From: Salinispira sp.
Lineage (GTDB): Bacteria > Spirochaetota > Spirochaetia > DSM-27196 > Salinispiraceae
Direction of reading: 5' to 3'
DNA length: 64,000 nt
Assembly: GCA_965602015.1 (NCBI GenBank)
Contig: OZ271918.1
Span: 3,456,001-3,520,000, forward strand
Shown here: one piece after another, positions 10,053 to 19,168 of the stretch
Layout of the letters: every line of letters begins with the position of its first letter
Numbering within the stretch: position 1 is the stretch's first letter
Position numbers and translations under genes: made by a program
Notes under the pieces: model-generated
The model's input: the letters and a program-made list of their open reading frames with translations, nothing else
Databases searched by the model: none
What the model was told of the DNA's origin: nothing

Positions 10053-10068
10053 TGGCATGGTTTCTGCT
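10053..10068 (+). promoter_or_regulatory. sigma54 -24/-12 promoter for the kam operon
   Basis: TGGCATGGTTTCTGCT (GG-N10-GC). Confidence 0.85.
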
Positions 10069-10078
10069 GCACTGACTC

Positions 10079-11689
10079 GTGATGAACCTTTCTCTTGATC
10101 AGGCAGTAATCGAAGAATGCCGACGGCACGCCGCATCAATAGCAGATGATGTCATCTCTCACACCGTCGGGCGTAGCACCATCTCGGTTGAACGGAGCAT
10201 CTGTCGGCTCCTGGGAATCGACGGAGTGGATGACGAGGGAGTTCCTCTTCCCAATGTCATCTGCGACCAGCTCGCGGATTACGATGTGCTTTCAGACGGA
10301 GCGGCGTACCGCATCGCCTGCGCTGTGAAGGCCAGCGGTAAACAGCCCTCCGAAATCGCCGGTGATCTGGGCCGTGGTGAATACCTCCTGCATGATTTTC
10401 CTGAGATTCCCCACAGTGACGCCCGGGACGTACTAAGGCCGATGGTGTCTGCCGGTTTGGAACGCATAGACGAGGCGAGAACCAAACGGTCTCAGCTTCG
10501 CCGGCAGAATCCTGCCGGGCCCATGCCGTGGTTATACGTCATCGTGGCTACCGGCAACATTTACGAAGATACTCTCCAGGCTCAGGCGGCGGCGGAACAG
10601 GGCGCGGATATAATCGCGGTAATCAGAAGCACCGCACAAAGCCTGTTGGACTATATTCCCTACGGTCCGACAACCGAGGGGTTCGGCGGAACCTACGCGA
10701 CCCAGGAAAACTTCCGGATAATGCGCAAGGCCCTCAATGAGTCCGTCGGCAAAACCGGCCGCTATGTCCAGCTGGTGAATTACGCCTCGGGATTATGCAT
10801 GCCCGAGATTGCGGTGTGCGGCGCATTCGAAGGCCTGGACATGATGCTCAATGACGCAATCTATGGAATACTTTTTCGGGACATCAATATGCGGCGGACC
10901 TTTATCGATCAGCATTTCTCCCGGATGGTAAACGCCTACGCGGACATCATCATAAATACCGGCGAAGATAATTACCTCACCACCGCCGATGCGGTGGAAG
11001 AGGCTCACACCGTACTTGCCAGCCAGTTTATCAATCAGGCCATGGCACGGCGATCGGGCATGCCCGACGGCCTTATGGGGCTCGGGCACGCATTCGAAAT
11101 CGATCCGGACCGGGAGGACGGCTTTCTTATGGAGCTGGCCCAGGCCCAGATGGTTCGCCAGATATTTCCCGATTCCCCAATAAAATTCATGCCGCCGACG
11201 AAACATATGAGCGGGAACATCTTCAAAGGTCATGTGATGGACGCCATGTTCAATTTGGCCGCAATCATGACGGGGCAGAGTATACAGCTCCTTGGTATGC
11301 TCACCGAGGCGGTGCATACCCCATTTCTGCATGATCGGGCCCTGGCCATTGAAAATGCCCGGTATGTTTTTTCCTCCGCGCGCCATTTGTCCGGGGAGAT
11401 AAGTTTTAGCCCAGACGGGCGAATTCAAAAACGCGCATCGTCTGTACTGGGGGAAACCCGGCATATGCTGGAAATCATTCAATCGGAAGGACTCATGGCT
11501 GCCCTTGAGAATTCCCGTTTCGCCGGCATCAGCCGGCGGGAAGGGGGCGGCAAGGGAGCTGACGGAGTTGTGGAAGTCAGCGACCGGTGGTTTAATCCCT
11601 TTGCCGAAGAAATGACCGCCAGGCTTGAAGAGCGAAAAACGCATGCTGACCCGGACGTCCGGATTTCCGCCAAGGGAGGAAGGACATGA
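10079..11689 (+). CDS. kamD: D-lysine/beta-lysine 5,6-aminomutase alpha subunit
   Basis: YVIVATGNIYED, IAVIRSTAQSLLDY, NYASGLCMPEIA, INTGEDNYLTTADA, MPPTKHM. Confidence 0.97.
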   Translation: MMNLSLDQAVIEECRRHAASIADDVISHTVGRSTISVERSICRLLGIDGVDDEGVPLPNVICDQLADYDVLSDGAAYRIACAVKASGKQPSEIAGDLGRGEYLLHDFPEIPHSDARDVLRPMVSAGLERIDEARTKRSQLRRQNPAGPMPWLYVIVATGNIYEDTLQAQAAAEQGADIIAVIRSTAQSLLDYIPYGPTTEGFGGTYATQENFRIMRKALNESVGKTGRYVQLVNYASGLCMPEIAVCGAFEGLDMMLNDAIYGILFRDINMRRTFIDQHFSRMVNAYADIIINTGEDNYLTTADAVEEAHTVLASQFINQAMARRSGMPDGLMGLGHAFEIDPDREDGFLMELAQAQMVRQIFPDSPIKFMPPTKHMSGNIFKGHVMDAMFNLAAIMTGQSIQLLGMLTEAVHTPFLHDRALAIENARYVFSSARHLSGEISFSPDGRIQKRASSVLGETRHMLEIIQSEGLMAALENSRFAGISRREGGGKGADGVVEVSDRWFNPFAEEMTARLEERKTHADPDVRISAKGGRT

Positions 11690-12456
11690 ACGGCGATTAC
11701 AGCAGGGTCCTGCCCTACGGCGATACCCTCAATGATGGAAAGGTTCAGCTCTCATTCACCGTGCCAATGGCCATGAGTCCCGAAGCCCGGGAGTGCGCCC
11801 GGCAGCTGGCATCGAATATGAACCTCGAAGAAATCAGCGTAGTTCATTCGGAAAATCTCGGGATGGGATTTAGTTTCCACGTGCTCTATGGGCGGCTGAC
11901 TACAGGGGTGGACGCAACGCGTATCGAAGTTCCCAAAGTCAGTACGCCGGTACTGAGTTATTACCAGATCAATTCATTTATAGCCGAGACATTTCCCCGG
12001 CGGCTTCGGGTTGTGGGGGCATGTACGGGAAGCGACGCCCATACGGTAGGTCTGGACGCGATTATGAATATGAAGGGATATGCCGGTGAGTATGGACTCG
12101 AACGATATCCGGGATTCGAAACCTGGAACCTGGGCAGCCAGGTCCAGAATGAGGACCTTATTGAGAGGGCGGCGGAGGTTCGCGCCGATGTTATTCTGGT
12201 CAGCCAGGTTGTCACCCAAAAGGACATCCACATCAAGAATCTCACGCAGCTTGTGGAACTTCTCGAAGCCGAAGGATTGCGTGAGAGATTTCTGCTGATA
12301 GTCGGCGGCCCCCGGGTAAGTCACGAACTGGCCCTTGAACTGGGTTTCGATGCGGGATTCGGGCCGGGAACCCTCCCGCCGGATGTTGCGTCCTACATCG
12401 CTCAGACCCTGGGAGACCGCGGGCTGCAGAACTGGGAGGCGGACAATGGCAAGTAA
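11686..12456 (+). CDS. kamE: Lysine 5,6-aminomutase beta subunit (AdoCbl/PLP)
   Basis: PYGDTLNDGKVQLSFT, B12 motif DAHTVG, MNMKG. Confidence 0.97.
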   Translation: MNGDYSRVLPYGDTLNDGKVQLSFTVPMAMSPEARECARQLASNMNLEEISVVHSENLGMGFSFHVLYGRLTTGVDATRIEVPKVSTPVLSYYQINSFIAETFPRRLRVVGACTGSDAHTVGLDAIMNMKGYAGEYGLERYPGFETWNLGSQVQNEDLIERAAEVRADVILVSQVVTQKDIHIKNLTQLVELLEAEGLRERFLLIVGGPRVSHELALELGFDAGFGPGTLPPDVASYIAQTLGDRGLQNWEADNGK

Positions 12457-13324
12457 CGGCATGCCGCTGATTATCACCGCCGCAATCTGCGGGGCTGAGG
12501 TCAACCGGGATGATAATCCCGCACTACCGCTCACTCCCGAAGAGCTCGCGGCAGACGCTCTGGCCTGCCAAAAAGCCGGGGCCTCGATAATTCACCTGCA
12601 TGTCAGGGATGAAAACGGTTTGCCGACCCAGGGGCTGGGGTTTTTCCGCGCCGCAATAGAAGCTATTGAAGCAGCCGGTGTCACGGCCATCATTCAGCCC
12701 TCTACCGGGGGCGCCGCGGGAATGAGCGCGGAGGAGCGGATCCAGCCGATTTCCCTGGGTCCCGAGATGGCCAGCCTGGACTGCGGCAGCCTCAATTTCG
12801 GCGATGAGCTGTTCATTAACTCCATGCCCATGCTGCGGAAATTCGCCGGGCGCATGCGCTCTTCGGGTACTATTCCCGAACTGGAATGTTTCGAGGCCGG
12901 TCATGTGGCATCTGCTTTGCGGCTGGCGGCCGAGGGATTGCTGCCGGACCATCTGCACTTCAACCTGGTTCTCGGGGTTCCGGGAGCCATGCCCTACAGC
13001 GTAAAGAACCTGCTGTTCATGCGTGACCTGCTTCCCGCGGGGGCGAGCTGGACAGTTTCGGGCATTGGCCGGTACCAGCTTCCCGCCGCACTCCAGGCCA
13101 TCATGTTGGGCGGGCACGCCCGGGTCGGCTTTGAAGACAATATTTACTTCAGCCGGGGAGTTCTGGCGGAAAGCAACGCCCAGCTGGTGAGCCGGATCGC
13201 AAGACTTTCGCACGAGCTGGGACGTCCCGTCGCCGACCCGGCAAGCGCAAGGGAAATACTCTCGATTGCGGCGCGCCCAGGAGCGCAAAGCTCAGGAGCA
13301 CAAAGCCCAGGAGTGCAAAAATGA
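12446..13324 (+). CDS. kce: 3-keto-5-aminohexanoate cleavage enzyme (DUF849/BKACE)
   Basis: LIITAAICGAE, IIHLHVR, QPSTGG, HARVGFEDN; ATG at 12446 after GGAGG. Confidence 0.93.
   Translation: MASNGMPLIITAAICGAEVNRDDNPALPLTPEELAADALACQKAGASIIHLHVRDENGLPTQGLGFFRAAIEAIEAAGVTAIIQPSTGGAAGMSAEERIQPISLGPEMASLDCGSLNFGDELFINSMPMLRKFAGRMRSSGTIPELECFEAGHVASALRLAAEGLLPDHLHFNLVLGVPGAMPYSVKNLLFMRDLLPAGASWTVSGIGRYQLPAALQAIMLGGHARVGFEDNIYFSRGVLAESNAQLVSRIARLSHELGRPVADPASAREILSIAARPGAQSSGAQSPGVQK
13278..13320 (+). repeat. Three imperfect 15-bp tandem repeats
   Basis: CAGGAGCGCAAAGCT CAGGAGCACAAAGCC CAGGAGTGCAAAA. Confidence 0.85.
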
Positions 13325-14355
13325 AACAGGGAAACTTTTACGGCATGCGCCGGGTTATCGAGCCAGTCGGGGTTTTGCCCCAGGCAGCAGCCCGGCTGGA
13401 CAATGGCCGGGAAATCTACCGCGACGAACTGTTGATCGATGTAGATATGCTCAACATCGATTCCGCCAGCTTCACACAAATCATCTCCCAGGTCGGCGAC
13501 GATCCCCAGGCCATTTCTCGCCGCATTCTGGAGATCGTTGCAGAGCGGGGCAAGATGCAGAATCCGGTTACCGGATCCGGCGGGATGTTCATAGGCAGGG
13601 TACATAGCGTCGGTGCGGACTTCCCGGATCAGAGTCTTCGGCCGGGAGACCGCATTGCGAGCCTGGTTTCCCTTTCCCTTACACCCCTGCGTATAGACGA
13701 AATTCTTTCGGTAAACAGCGCCAACGATCAGATTGGAATCCGGGGCCAGGCGGTGTTGTTCGCCAGCGGCCTCTTTGCAAGGCTGCCCGAGGACATGAGC
13801 GATGCCCTGGCGCTTTCGGTACTGGATGTCGCCGGCGCTCCGGCCCAAACCGCCCGGCTGGTAAAACCCGGGAATACCGTGCTGATTGCCGGGGCCGGAG
13901 GGAAGTCCGGTCTGCTCTGTCTGCATGAGGCGAAAAAAGCCGCCGGGCCTCGGGGAAAAATAATCGCCCTGGATTACGGCGCCGAGAGCCTGGAGCGGGT
14001 GCGCCTCACCGGCCTGGCGGACCACATCATTACCGCCGATGCCCGGGACGCGCTGGCGGTGCTTGCCGCCGTCGACGATATCACCAACGGAGCCCTCGCC
14101 GACTTGAGCATTAATTGCGTCAATATTGAGAACACGGAAATGTCCTGCATTCTCTCCACCAGGGAAGGGGGGCGGGTGTACTTTTTTAGTATGGCGACCA
14201 GCTTTACCCGGGCAGCCCTTGGGGCCGAGGGAGTCGGAAAGGACATTGAGATGATTATCGGCAACGGATATGCCCGGGGCCATGCCGGGCTTGCCCTGGG
14301 AGTTCTACGGGAAAATGAGATTATCCGGGAGCTATATACGAGGTTATTTGCATGA
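13321..14355 (+). CDS. kdd: L-erythro-3,5-diaminohexanoate dehydrogenase
   Basis: LNIDSASFTQI, GKMQNPVTGSGG, LVSLSLTPL, DVAGAPAQ, GAGGKSG. Confidence 0.95.
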   Translation: MKQGNFYGMRRVIEPVGVLPQAAARLDNGREIYRDELLIDVDMLNIDSASFTQIISQVGDDPQAISRRILEIVAERGKMQNPVTGSGGMFIGRVHSVGADFPDQSLRPGDRIASLVSLSLTPLRIDEILSVNSANDQIGIRGQAVLFASGLFARLPEDMSDALALSVLDVAGAPAQTARLVKPGNTVLIAGAGGKSGLLCLHEAKKAAGPRGKIIALDYGAESLERVRLTGLADHIITADARDALAVLAAVDDITNGALADLSINCVNIENTEMSCILSTREGGRVYFFSMATSFTRAALGAEGVGKDIEMIIGNGYARGHAGLALGVLRENEIIRELYTRLFA

Positions 14356-15677
14356 ACGATTACCGGGATGTGGACTGGCGGGGCATCGAATTATACAAGG
14401 ATGTGAGCGACGAGCAGTGGAATGACTGGCGCTGGCAAATGAGAAACAGCATACAGGATGTAGCCACTCTCAAACGGGTTGTGGAGATCAATGCTGATGA
14501 AGAAGCGGAGCTTGAGAAGACCCTCAAGCGCTTTCGAATGGCGATTACTCCGTACTACGCCGCCCTGATGGACAGAAACTACCGGCTTTGCTCTGTCCGC
14601 CTTCAAGCCGTCCCGAGGATTCAGGAAATGAGCGAAGATCACTCGGATATGGACGACCCCCTCCATGAGGATGTCGATTCGAGCATCCCTGGACTCACCC
14701 ATCGATATCCCGACCGGGTCCTGCTTTTGGTGACGAATATCTGCTCGATGAATTGCCGTCACTGCACCAGGAGGCGGGTGGTCGGCCAGACCGATCGGCC
14801 CATGACCCGGGACAATATCGCCCGGGCGGTGGAGTATATCCGCTCTCACGGTGAGATCCGGGATGTGCTGCTTTCCGGCGGCGATCCGCTAACCCTGGGA
14901 ACCGACAGGCTCGAGGAAATCATCAGCGCCATCCGTGATATTCCCCACGTTGAAATCATCAGGATCGGGAGCCGGACGCCGGTTGTTATGCCCATGCGCA
15001 TCGATGACGAACTGGTAAATATGCTGCGGAAGTACCATCCCATCTATATTAATACCCACTTTAACCACTATGACGAAATCACCATTCAGTCCAAACAGGC
15101 CTGCGCCAGGCTTGCGGACGCCGGCATTCCCTTGGGAAATCAGTCGGTGCTTCTTCGGGACGTAAATGATTGCCCCAGGATCATGAAAAAGCTCGTTCAC
15201 CAGCTGCTGAAAATTCGGGTGAAGCCGTATTATATCTACCAATGCGACCTTACCAGGGGGATCAGTCACTTCCGAACCTCGCTCTCCAAGGGTATCGAAA
15301 TCATCGAAAGTCTCAGGGGACACACCAGCGGAATGGCGGTTCCCACCTTCGTAGTCGATGCCCCAGGTGGCGGCGGAAAAATTCCCCTCGGCCCGGAATA
15401 TCTGGTGTCCCAGTCGGACCGTCATTATGTGTTGAGAAATTACGAGGGGGTTCTGACCACCTACACCCAGCCTTCCAACATCTTCAGCGAGTGCTGGTGC
15501 GAGCTGTGCAAGGAAGACGCGTACGGACCGGAGGACGGGGTGGCGAATATGCTCAACGGTAAAACACTGGCCCTCGAGCCTCGGCATCTGGCCCGGAGAA
15601 ACAGGGTTGAGGGAAGCCCTGAACCAGGGAGGACCCGGCCCTCGGGAGCCGGGGCGGCACCGGACGGCAATGGATAG
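14352..15677 (+). CDS. kamA: L-lysine 2,3-aminomutase (radical SAM)
   Basis: WNDWRWQ, THRYPDR, CSMNCRHC, LLSGGDP, DAPGGGGKIP. Confidence 0.97.
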   Translation: MNDYRDVDWRGIELYKDVSDEQWNDWRWQMRNSIQDVATLKRVVEINADEEAELEKTLKRFRMAITPYYAALMDRNYRLCSVRLQAVPRIQEMSEDHSDMDDPLHEDVDSSIPGLTHRYPDRVLLLVTNICSMNCRHCTRRRVVGQTDRPMTRDNIARAVEYIRSHGEIRDVLLSGGDPLTLGTDRLEEIISAIRDIPHVEIIRIGSRTPVVMPMRIDDELVNMLRKYHPIYINTHFNHYDEITIQSKQACARLADAGIPLGNQSVLLRDVNDCPRIMKKLVHQLLKIRVKPYYIYQCDLTRGISHFRTSLSKGIEIIESLRGHTSGMAVPTFVVDAPGGGGKIPLGPEYLVSQSDRHYVLRNYEGVLTTYTQPSNIFSECWCELCKEDAYGPEDGVANMLNGKTLALEPRHLARRNRVEGSPEPGRTRPSGAGAAPDGNG

Positions 15678-16587
15678 TTACCGCTCGGAGCGGGAACGTT
15701 TGGTCGATGCGGCTGCGTCCTGTGGCAGGCCTGCCATCGTCGGCCTGGCAAAAAACGCCGGGAAGACTACAGTCCTTAATTTTCTTGTTTCCGAATTCGC
15801 CCGTCGTGGCTTGCATCCGGGCATCGCATCCATCGGTCGTGACGGCGAACACACAGACCTCATCACTCTGAAGAAAAAGCCCCTAATATTTCTGCCGCCG
15901 GGCTGTTGCTGCGTCACCGCGTCGCGCCTCGCCCCGGAGGGTTTTATTCTCTTAGAGGAGCTGGAGGGGAGGGGGGTGCTGGGCAAACCCGGTGTCTATC
16001 GAAACCCCCGGGAAGCCGCAGCTGCCGTGCAGGTTGAACTGGCGGGGGTGAACCGCATCGAAGCCATGTCCCGGGCTCTGGGGATAATGACTGCTTATGC
16101 CGGGCCCCTCCTGGTCGACGGGGCTCTGGACAGGCGAAGCCAGGGGAATCCGCTGCTCAGCGACGGTGTAATCCTTTCTACCGGCGCAACGGTGGGTAAC
16201 AGCATCGATCTGGTGTGTAAAAAAACCCTCGAGCAGCTGGACCTGATTGGCCTTAAAGAACCCGAGTTTTCGGCTTCGGTTCTCGAAGTATCCGGCGCCC
16301 TGACCGACCGCAAAGCCCTGCATATTGAAAAACGCGGTTTCACCGGATGCCTGCTGGTAAACGATTGGACAAAGATCTTTCTTACCGCGGCGGTCCGACG
16401 GCGCCTGGGGCTTCGGGGGGTGAGCATTTCGGTCCGCTACCCGGCACGCCTCATCGGACTGACCGTCAACCCTCATAATCCCCGGGGGAGAGACTTGCCG
16501 GCAGATGAGCTCAGGAGCCATCTCACAGCAGCCATTAAGAACCGGGGCTGGTCAATTCCCTGTGTGGATGTAAAGAACAGTCCGTAA
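15670..16587 (+). CDS. kamB: KamB-like lysine 5,6-aminomutase reactivase-associated subunit (P-loop)
   Basis: GLAKNAGKTT, SIGRDGE..D, LVDGALDR, ILSTGA; position after kamA; ATG at 15670 overlaps the kamA end. Confidence 0.8.
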   Translation: MDSYRSERERLVDAAASCGRPAIVGLAKNAGKTTVLNFLVSEFARRGLHPGIASIGRDGEHTDLITLKKKPLIFLPPGCCCVTASRLAPEGFILLEELEGRGVLGKPGVYRNPREAAAAVQVELAGVNRIEAMSRALGIMTAYAGPLLVDGALDRRSQGNPLLSDGVILSTGATVGNSIDLVCKKTLEQLDLIGLKEPEFSASVLEVSGALTDRKALHIEKRGFTGCLLVNDWTKIFLTAAVRRRLGLRGVSISVRYPARLIGLTVNPHNPRGRDLPADELRSHLTAAIKNRGWSIPCVDVKNSP

Positions 16588-16597
16588 GAGTCTGGGC

Positions 16598-16632
16598 AAA
16601 AAAAACACCCCGGCGGAGAGCGCCGGAGTGTC
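16598..16632 (-). terminator. Intrinsic terminator between convergent genes
   Basis: A-tract followed by the CCGGCG-gagag-CGCCGG hairpin. Confidence 0.7.
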
Positions 16633-16683
16633 GAACTTTGTTACATTTCCCCTTCCCGCGGAGAGCGGGCTGGATGAAATAGC

Positions 16684-17451
16684 TTACTTGAGCTGGGCTT
16701 CTGCCATGAGAATAAGCGAGAAGTAGTCGCGGAAGTCGGAAGCGGTTGCGCCGGTTACAGCATCTGCAACTGCCCAGAAGTTGTCGCCCTGCCGTACCAT
16801 TTCGTCGAAGGAGAAGGCTACGCCGCTTTCTTCAGCGAAGGTTTCAATGGCTTCCATGTTGCCCTTCCAGCCGATTCCGAAGTTCCAGTACTCAGAGTCG
16901 AGCTTGGTCAGACCGCCGTAGCTGGTGCCGGTAACGGTAGTTGCCGCACCGCCGAATTCGGTGAAGGTCTTAAAGCTGCCTGCGGCGATGTTGTCATAAT
17001 ATGCCGCCATGGTTCCCTGGTTGCGAAGAATCAGTTTTTCCAGACTCTTGCTTCCGGCGGGCATGCCGTTTTCATCGGCTGCAACATAGGCGAGAGCGGT
17101 GCCGACGGTGGTTCCCACATACACGGTGCCGTCATATTCAACGAATTTCGCAACGCGAACTTCATCGCCGCGCTGAACATAGAAAACGGTGTTTTCTTCT
17201 GTCCACTCATCGGCTTCGATGTCTACGATAGCGAGGGTGTGGGGAAGAAAGGCTTCATCGAGGGTTACGTCCATGTTGCCTTCGGCATCGGTGGTAATTG
17301 CTGCCTGGCCGACATAGCCGCCGTGGCTGTATAGATAGGCCTCAACGCTCTGATTGGGTGCGTAGCCCTCGGCTGCCGGAGCATTGCCGCCGCAACTGAT
17401 CAATGTGAAAAGTACGAGAGCCGCGACGAGCGCGGTGATAGCATTTCGCAT
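16684..17451 (-). CDS. Lipoprotein with C-terminal flavinylation-like motif
   Basis: Lipobox LISC; ADAVTGATAS resembles the FMN-binding D-x-x-[ST]GA[ST] motif. Confidence 0.7.
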   Translation of the reverse strand: MRNAITALVAALVLFTLISCGGNAPAAEGYAPNQSVEAYLYSHGGYVGQAAITTDAEGNMDVTLDEAFLPHTLAIVDIEADEWTEENTVFYVQRGDEVRVAKFVEYDGTVYVGTTVGTALAYVAADENGMPAGSKSLEKLILRNQGTMAAYYDNIAAGSFKTFTEFGGAATTVTGTSYGGLTKLDSEYWNFGIGWKGNMEAIETFAEESGVAFSFDEMVRQGDNFWAVADAVTGATASDFRDYFSLILMAEAQLK

Positions 17452-17729
17452 CAGGATTCTCCTAATGATTTCTGGTTTTCGATAAGGATTATCGATGGCT
17501 AAAATGATATATCCATCAGTTTAAGTTGTCAATGAGCTTTTAATATGATTATTAATCTTTTTAATGTGAATAAATCACAAAAAAGCATACTCATTAGGAC
17601 TGCCATCTCACGGCGGGTCAAGTCGCCGGCCTGTTTTTTTTATCATCCTGCTGATATTATGGCCGCGCTTCTGTATTATCCTGCAAAGATAGGATAGTAT
17701 CCTGATAAAGTAAAAATGGGGTAGTCACT

Positions 17730-18497
17730 ATGAAAAAAACTGCAATACTGTTGTGCATGCTGGTTCTCGCCGGGATATCCCAACTGGTCGGCCAGTCCGG
17801 CGAGCAGGAAAGCCCCGGTGCCCGGCTTTCAATTATTCGAAGCAAGGCTTCCAGCGGAGATCCCCTGTTGAAGCTCGAAGCCCTGAAATGGGTTGACCGG
17901 ATGATCAACGAGAACAGCATGGGCGGAATCGAATCCGAAGTCGTCAATATCGTTGCCAACCTCGGCCTTGAACCCTTCCTCAGCACCCAGAGAAGCGGCA
18001 TATCACCGATAATCGTGAATGACCATCCGCTGGTCCGGCGGGAAGCCGCAGTTGTTCTCGGGCGCATCGGCGGCGCTGGTTCCGTACGAGCCCTGGTGGA
18101 TATGGTTCATCATGAGGAAGATTTGGACGTACTAAAGAACATCATGTACGCCTTCGGAAATATCGGCGAGAATCCCGGTCAACGGGTAACCGAGGCAATC
18201 GGACGCCGGATTTATCGGGTTAACGCCACGGGAAGCATCGATGATGAGCTGGCGTACGCAACCCTCTACGCAATCGAACAGATCAGCATACTGGAAGGCG
18301 GTATTGAGGATCCTTCGGTCTACGATACCCTGGCGATCCTCTCCGACGAGCGCTTTGCCAATGTGGTGACCGAGAAAGCCCTCAATGTCATCGAGCTGCT
18401 GTGGGAGGCGGACAACGGCGAAAACCGCGGCGTTCAGGGTCCTATGGTAATACCCGATGACCCGGAAGGCCGGCCTGAGGATGATCAGAGTATCTGA
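17730..18497 (+). CDS. Exported HEAT-repeat protein
   Basis: Signal peptide; HPLVRREAAVVLGRIG. Confidence 0.7.
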   Translation: MKKTAILLCMLVLAGISQLVGQSGEQESPGARLSIIRSKASSGDPLLKLEALKWVDRMINENSMGGIESEVVNIVANLGLEPFLSTQRSGISPIIVNDHPLVRREAAVVLGRIGGAGSVRALVDMVHHEEDLDVLKNIMYAFGNIGENPGQRVTEAIGRRIYRVNATGSIDDELAYATLYAIEQISILEGGIEDPSVYDTLAILSDERFANVVTEKALNVIELLWEADNGENRGVQGPMVIPDDPEGRPEDDQSI

Positions 18498-18512
18498 TCG
18501 GACGCAGGGCGG

Positions 18513-18929
18513 TCAGTCGAGCCGCAGGGCATCCAGTTCTGCATCGCTGAGTTTCCGTTTTGATCCGGGGCTTCGGCCCCGGGCGGGCGACCAGTCCCCC
18601 CGGGCCTGATGCAATAGGCGGATGCTCTGATCCATGCTATCCGATAGGGCAAACATTCCGCAGGTTTCAAGTCTTTTTCGAAGGTCGTTGGCTGGCCGAA
18701 GGAAGATTTCCTTTCCGTTGCAGTTGGTGATATCCAGGTGAAAGTTTATCAACTCATTCAGAAACCATTGGATGTCCGGTAAAGACCGGCTGCAATCGAC
18801 CACAGCGAACGGGTCGTTAAAGAGACAGAAATCCGAAAGAGGTCCGTCACCTGTTTTTTCCAAAGCGATAACGCTGACCAACGATGAAGGCCGATCAACT
18901 ATGCGGTAAAACAGCTCCTTCATCACCAA
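18513..18929 (-). CDS. Hypothetical protein, possible STAS-like fold
   Basis: ORF fills the gap; weak STAS-like pattern (VVDCS...LRKRLETCG). Confidence 0.45.
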   Translation of the reverse strand: MVMKELFYRIVDRPSSLVSVIALEKTGDGPLSDFCLFNDPFAVVDCSRSLPDIQWFLNELINFHLDITNCNGKEIFLRPANDLRKRLETCGMFALSDSMDQSIRLLHQARGDWSPARGRSPGSKRKLSDAELDALRLD

Positions 18930-19009
18930 TACCCCCGGAAAAAAACCTCACACAACAGCGAAATTCTGATATACAGTATTTATATAAAATATAGCCGAGG
19001 AAATATAGC

Positions 19010-19153
19010 ATGACCTATTACAAAATGAACGGGGCGAAATTCGAATCCCTGGAAGACCTCATTGAAAGCCTGTGGCCCATCTACGAGGACCGGATGAGCC
19101 GGGAAGATTTCGAAGCCTATGCCAAAGACAACGCCGAAGTAATTGAAGAGTAA
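19010..19153 (+). CDS. Small 47-aa protein (below the track cut-off)
   Basis: GAGGA RBS, MTYYKMNGAKFESLEDLIESLWPIYEDRMSREDFEAYAKDNAEVIEE*, ends 15 nt before slyX. Confidence 0.7.
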   Translation: MTYYKMNGAKFESLEDLIESLWPIYEDRMSREDFEAYAKDNAEVIEE

Positions 19154-19168
19154 GCTCAATCAAATATC

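Noticed and set aside
14352..15677. ablA (osmolyte synthesis) or epmB (EF-P modification)
   Set aside because: Embedded in kamDE-kce-kdd; no ablB, efp or epmA adjacent
17565..17579. Rex/CRP-like site TGTGA-ATAAA-TCACA
   Set aside because: Spacer is 5 nt rather than 6; it may be an operator but cannot be assigned
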